DNA of 64,000 nucleotides, taken from positions 21,328,001 through 21,392,000 of the forward strand of contig OZ024760.1 in the NCBI GenBank assembly GCA_964016885.1, in the 5' to 3' direction. The notes beneath the pieces are model-generated. The model searched no databases and was not told the origin of the DNA. It saw only the letters and a list, made by a program, of their open reading frames with translations. Below are positions 62,469-64,000 of the stretch, piece by piece (within the stretch, counting starts at the first letter, position 1; the number at the start of each line of letters is the position of its first letter). A program made the translations under genes and the position numbers. The stretch is from Eledone cirrhosa (taxonomy: Eukaryota).

Positions 62469-63908
62469 GCTTGGTATCAAAGTGAAAAGGTTTGGGAAGT
62501 TCTGGTGTAAGGTGTGAATGGCTGTTACTTTAAACTGACAGACCCACTTCTAGCACAGGTATAATACCCGGCTCAGGGCCACTGAAGATAGGTCACAACT
62601 ACTTGACTCTTATTTTAGACAGGACCCTATCCCCAACAGAAGAGGCTCAACAGTTGAAATGATTTCATCTTGCTCAGGTTTGAAAGATGAGAGGCAATAT
62701 CTAGAGACCATTTCTTCATCTCCATTAACCCATGTATTTTTTTCTAATCATATTTCGCTAACTCCTTTTGTAATTCAGTTACATCCATTGACCGCTTCAT
62801 TATACAATTAATATTTAATTAATTTTGTTTTCATTTTTTTTCCCTCACTTTTTATTTGTTGTTGTTTTTTATTGATTCTTTTTTTTTTTTTTTTTTTTTT
62901 TTTTTTCTGTTTTCTAGACTCCTTCTCAAAAGAAAGGCTGGATATTCTGTGAGTATATTGCTGTGGTTCTCTTTCTCTCTTATATTTTAATACAACAGAC
63001 AAAGACATGGCTGTGTGGTTGAGAAATTATATTATATTTTAGTATGACAGACATGGCTGTGTGGTTGAGAAGGTCTCTGTCTCTCTGTTATATTTTAGTA
63101 TGACAGACTGAGACATGGCTGTGTTGTTGAGAAAGTTTTAATACAACAAACTGACATGGTTTAAGACGTCTTTCTGTGTTACATTTTAATACAAGACAGG
63201 CGTGACTATGTAATTGAGAAGTTGTCTTTAGAATCGCATCGTCCCCAGTTCAATCATACTGTGTGGCACCTTAGGCAGGCCAATACCTTGGTAGTTGGAA
63301 GCTGTGTGGAAGACTGTTGCATTTGCCTGTGTCTGTCTTTCCATTTACTGTTTATGTCTCATAACTTAACAGTTTGACAAAAACAAAGATCAATAAAATA
63401 AGTAGTGGGCATGGCCACAGTCTAATGACTGACACCAGTAAAAGAATGTTTAAATAGATGAACTTATGAACAGCCCAGACATTACTTTGTGGTTAAAACA
63501 TTCTACTTTAGAACTATGAGACTCCTAATGAAGTTGGTATCGCTCATGTGTGGTTATTCTACTGGTGCAGTTTGAGTTTTGAAGGGGACTTTATGCCTAG
63601 GAGTAAGGCAATACTTTGGCTCTGTGCAATCTAAGTTCAAATCTTGCTTCCTATCACCAGAAAAACAGTGACGCTTCTTGCCAGGAATTTACAACCAGTA
63701 GATAGTATCAACAATGAAAATATTGTTTCCTTCGTTTGATCCAATCTGATGATATACAGACTGTGTCAGCAATGGAAACATTGTTTCTTCTCTTTTTATT
63801 ATTATTATTCTTTTTTGTTAAACTTTTTAAATTTTAGAAATCAGCAGAAAATATTAATTCGTTTTCACTTTTCTTTTCTTTTCTTTCTCTCTCTTGTCTC
63901 TAGGGTAA
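18577..63908 (+). CDS. Lam: Nuclear lamin (type V intermediate filament), 5'-partial spliced gene model: join(18577-18709,20334-20483,26102-26272,27587-27712,28499-28719,30077-30281,30813-30917,32165-32281,48811-48906,62918-62948,63904-63908)
   Basis: Manual splicing gives one open frame of about 452 aa. It has heptad coiled coils, the IF motif [18 protein letters not shown], the NLS GKKRK and a lamin tail domain ([30 protein letters not shown]). All introns are GT-AG with matching phases. Confidence 0.93.
18914..19500. repeat. 73-bp minisatellite, about 8 copies
   Basis: Unit cctagctaaacatttgtgatcaccctaccctgcatgacatcaccactgatggggttggtcaaatatatggacc. Confidence 0.95.
20334..20483 (+). CDS. 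Lam: Lamin exon, coil 1B end ([50 protein letters not shown])
   Basis: tattttcag acceptor and gtaaga donor; 150 nt; [17 protein letters not shown] is a hallmark lamin motif. Confidence 0.96.
20503..20865. repeat. About 120-bp tandem repeat, 3 copies
   Basis: acgccctgtccactctgtaaagtgat at about 20503, 20622 and 20743. Confidence 0.9.
22908..23250 (+). mobile_element. Full-length family-B CORE-like SINE
   Basis: ggaggcacatggcttagtggttagagc A-box, gagttcaattctc B-box, CORE-like body and simple-repeat tail; highly similar to 53297 and 54158. Confidence 0.8.
23989..24310. repeat. 48-bp minisatellite, about 6.5 copies
   Basis: Unit acctacatgaccactttacagtgtggactgggtgctttttgtcatgtc; related to the SINE-B 3' body on the minus strand. 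Confidence 0.92.
24352..24597. mobile_element. Palindromic MITE-like element
   Basis: tttacatgtta...tcaactc...gattggctgaaggtcatccatgg pairs with ccatgggtgaccttgagccaatc...gagttga...taacatgtaaa. Confidence 0.6.
24855..25870. repeat. 52-61 bp minisatellite expanded inside a TTAA-MITE, with a 410-bp higher-order duplication
   Basis: Unit ttatgtgaggtaaagcctttaccatgaaaatataatagtatatatagagtaatg; the gtaagataaa variant recurs at 25161 and 25571. Confidence 0.92.
26102..26272 (+). CDS. Lam: Lamin exon, linker L12 and coil 2 start ([19 protein letters not shown]...[14 protein letters not shown]...LFYETK)
   Basis: ttctttacag acceptor and gtaagt donor; 171 nt; RLADALxExR motif. Confidence 0.96.
26241..27200 (+). 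repeat. Tandem array (about 9-10 units of 90-125 bp) containing the lamin exon 3' end and 5' splice site
   Basis: gaagaagtgga(a/g)ctgttttatg(a/g)gactaaa|gtaa repeated, with (GT)n/(GTCT)n spacers. Confidence 0.93.
27587..27712 (+). CDS. Lam: Lamin exon, coil 2 ([42 protein letters not shown])
   Basis: atcctacag acceptor and gtaatt donor; 126 nt; phase 0/0. Confidence 0.93.
27805..28432 (+). repeat. 175-bp tandem repeat (about 3.5 copies; dimer of about 88-bp subunits) derived from a LINE tail
   Basis: agactgagatggctgggtcatgtgttgaggaaggat ([12 protein letters not shown]-like) recurs every 175 nt. Confidence 0.9.
28499..28719 (+). CDS. Lam: Lamin exon, coil 2 end with IF consensus ([15 protein letters not shown]...[22 protein letters not shown])
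   Basis: tatttttag acceptor and gtaagg donor; 221 nt; [11 protein letters not shown]. Confidence 0.98.
29668..30045 (-). repeat. Degenerate inverted copy of the 88/175-bp repeat
   Basis: ccttcctcaacacatgac(c/t)cagccatctc is the reverse complement of the 27805-28432 unit. Confidence 0.8.
30077..30281 (+). CDS. Lam: Lamin exon, tail with CDK-type site SPPR, NLS KKRK and start of the Ig-like domain
   Basis: ttccttag acceptor and gtcagt donor; 205 nt; [22 protein letters not shown]...[20 protein letters not shown]. Confidence 0.96.
30377..30710. repeat. 146-bp tandem duplication, about 2.3 copies
   Basis: aagatactctcatg(g/a)aatgaccaaatga at 30377, 30523 and 30669. Confidence 0.88.
30813..30917 (+). 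CDS. Lam: Lamin exon, tail domain ([35 protein letters not shown])
   Basis: tttcttgtag acceptor and gtaagt donor; 105 nt. Confidence 0.96.
31438..31810 (-). mobile_element. Family-B CORE-like SINE, antisense
   Basis: Reverse complement of the 22908, 53297 and 54158 copies, with an internal duplication. Confidence 0.8.
32165..32281 (+). CDS. Lam: Lamin exon, tail domain ([39 protein letters not shown])
   Basis: cttcttcag acceptor and gtgagt donor; 117 nt; HSPPTDLV as in lamin tails. Confidence 0.96.
32940..33335 (+). mobile_element. Two family-A SINE copies directly upstream of the satellite
   Basis: gtg(a/g)attggcagtatcggtagag...ctgagttcaaa heads at about 32940 and 33145. Confidence 0.8.
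33356..48413 (+). repeat. About 15-kb intronic satellite, roughly 170 monomers of 77/87/89/98 bp, derived from a tRNA-SINE head
   Basis: Near-invariant 66-bp core cagag(t/c)gttggacagttacagcccctttacgttctgtgttcaaatccaccccctttcataaagaac plus linker modules of 12, 11 and 9 bp; monomer count estimated from length. Confidence 0.98.
48811..48906 (+). CDS. Lam: Lamin exon, end of tail domain ([32 protein letters not shown])
   Basis: taattttcag acceptor and gtgagt donor; 96 nt; completes the conserved NSTG(D/E)E(M/V)A strand. Confidence 0.88.
48950..49306. repeat. (TA)n compound microsatellite
   Basis: Direct reading. Confidence 0.97.
50311..50651. mobile_element. Inverted-repeat element with about 80-bp arms
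   Basis: tacaaatgaatatatgatagggataaaca...gttagctagatt and its near-perfect reverse complement at about 50570-50650. Confidence 0.8.
50935..51250 (+). mobile_element. RTE-like LINE 3' fragment
   Basis: [29 protein letters not shown]...[17 protein letters not shown]. Confidence 0.8.
51539..52072. mobile_element. Tigger/pogo-like non-autonomous DNA transposon
   Basis: TA-cagtaatccctcg...cgggagattactg-TA termini. Confidence 0.7.
53297..53622 (+). mobile_element. Family-B CORE-like SINE
   Basis: Highly similar to 22908-23250. Confidence 0.8.
53750..53776 (+). CDS. Candidate 27-nt symmetric lamin micro-exon (TYSYSRRHL)
   Basis: Branch-like tactaag, long pyrimidine tract ending ccag, donor gtacgt, phase 0/0; no homology support. 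Confidence 0.45.
54158..54490 (+). mobile_element. Family-B CORE-like SINE
   Basis: Highly similar to 22908-23250; (tga)n tail. Confidence 0.8.
54507..55145 (+). mobile_element. Decayed RTE-like LINE fragment (RT C-terminus to 3' end)
   Basis: [41 protein letters not shown] and GVGRPRKSW motifs with frameshifts. Confidence 0.82.
55886..56130. repeat. (TA)n-rich compound microsatellite
   Basis: Direct reading. Confidence 0.95.
56385..56679. repeat. Inverted repeat with about 110-bp arms, each containing a minimal hammerhead-like motif (possible Penelope-like terminal-repeat relic)
   Basis: Arms about 56385-56495 and 56572-56679 are reverse complements; both carry CTGATGA...GAAA cores. Confidence 0.7.
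56791..57269 (+). mobile_element. Non-autonomous Helitron-like element
   Basis: A|TC 5' end (tctatttatataaag) and CTAG|T 3' end; no target-site duplication. Confidence 0.6.
57292..57870 (-). mobile_element. Second Helitron-like copy of the same family, tail-to-tail with the first
   Basis: actagccgaatta is the reverse complement of taattcggctagt; the outer ~250 bp also match in inverse. Confidence 0.6.
58520..58712. repeat. Palindromic MITE-like element
   Basis: gtttcaaggcccaaatttgacca / tggtcaaatttgggccttgaaac plus flanking imperfect arms. Confidence 0.7.
59258..59412. repeat. Palindromic MITE-like element
   Basis: gatgacaaataaaa...aggatatttcaacata / tatgttgaaatatcct...ttttatttgtcatc. Confidence 0.7.
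59735..60005 (-). mobile_element. LINE 3' tail fragment
   Basis: [18 protein letters not shown] resembles the RTE-type C-terminal motif. Confidence 0.5.
60010..60258. repeat. Second array of the 48-bp MITE-end minisatellite, about 5 copies
   Basis: Same unit as 16030-16538. Confidence 0.9.
61170..62110. repeat. Long inverted repeat; arms about 61170-61470 and 61822-62110
   Basis: ggttatggacctgactccagtatc...cagactggtgatgtg and taggcattggccctatttttttgtgtgtggac recur as reverse complements. Confidence 0.85.
62918..62948 (+). CDS. Lam: Lamin penultimate micro-exon ([10 protein letters not shown] plus first base of W)
   Basis: Long T tract and tttctag acceptor, gtgagt donor; 31 nt; phase 0 in, phase 1 out. 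Confidence 0.75.
63904..63908 (+). CDS. Lam: Coding part of lamin terminal exon (GG TAA completes Trp and stop); 3'UTR continues past the window end
   Basis: About 40-nt pyrimidine tract ending ctctag; T|GG TAA fits the phase-1 donor at 62948. Confidence 0.72.
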
Positions 63909-64000
63909 ACGAGAGTTTGGCTGTGATGCCATAGTCGGCCAGGGAACCAAGTAGAACTCTTAATAATCCGGCAGCATCTTCAATTAATTAGAGACCATTG

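Noticed and set aside
63904-63954. Phase-0 reading of the last exon ([16 protein letters not shown])
   Set aside because: It would arise only if the 31-nt micro-exon were skipped and has no CaaX. The phase-1 reading giving W-stop fits the upstream micro-exon better. Not excluded as a minor isoform.

Overview
AT-rich, repeat-dense animal genomic DNA, probably from a coleoid cephalopod (inferred from its SINE and microsatellite content, not proven). The only host gene is a spliced + strand nuclear lamin. Ten internal coding exons and a terminal exon (18577-63908) join by hand, with GT-AG boundaries and consistent phases, into about 452 aa. The protein runs from coil 1B through the [11 protein letters not shown] rod-end motif, a KKRK NLS and the Ig-like tail domain. 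Exon 1 was not found and probably lies upstream of the window. The predicted C-terminus has no CaaX box: a 31-nt micro-exon plus 2 nt of the last exon give ...[11 protein letters not shown]. The introns hold a 15-kb modular satellite derived from a tRNA-SINE head, with a Pol III B-box in each unit. They also hold an array of duplicated 5' splice sites, many local minisatellites, several inverted repeats (one carrying minimal-hammerhead-like motifs), and decayed hAT, CRE-like, RTE-like, Helitron-like and MITE elements. Nearly all ORFs in the supplied track are repeat artefacts.
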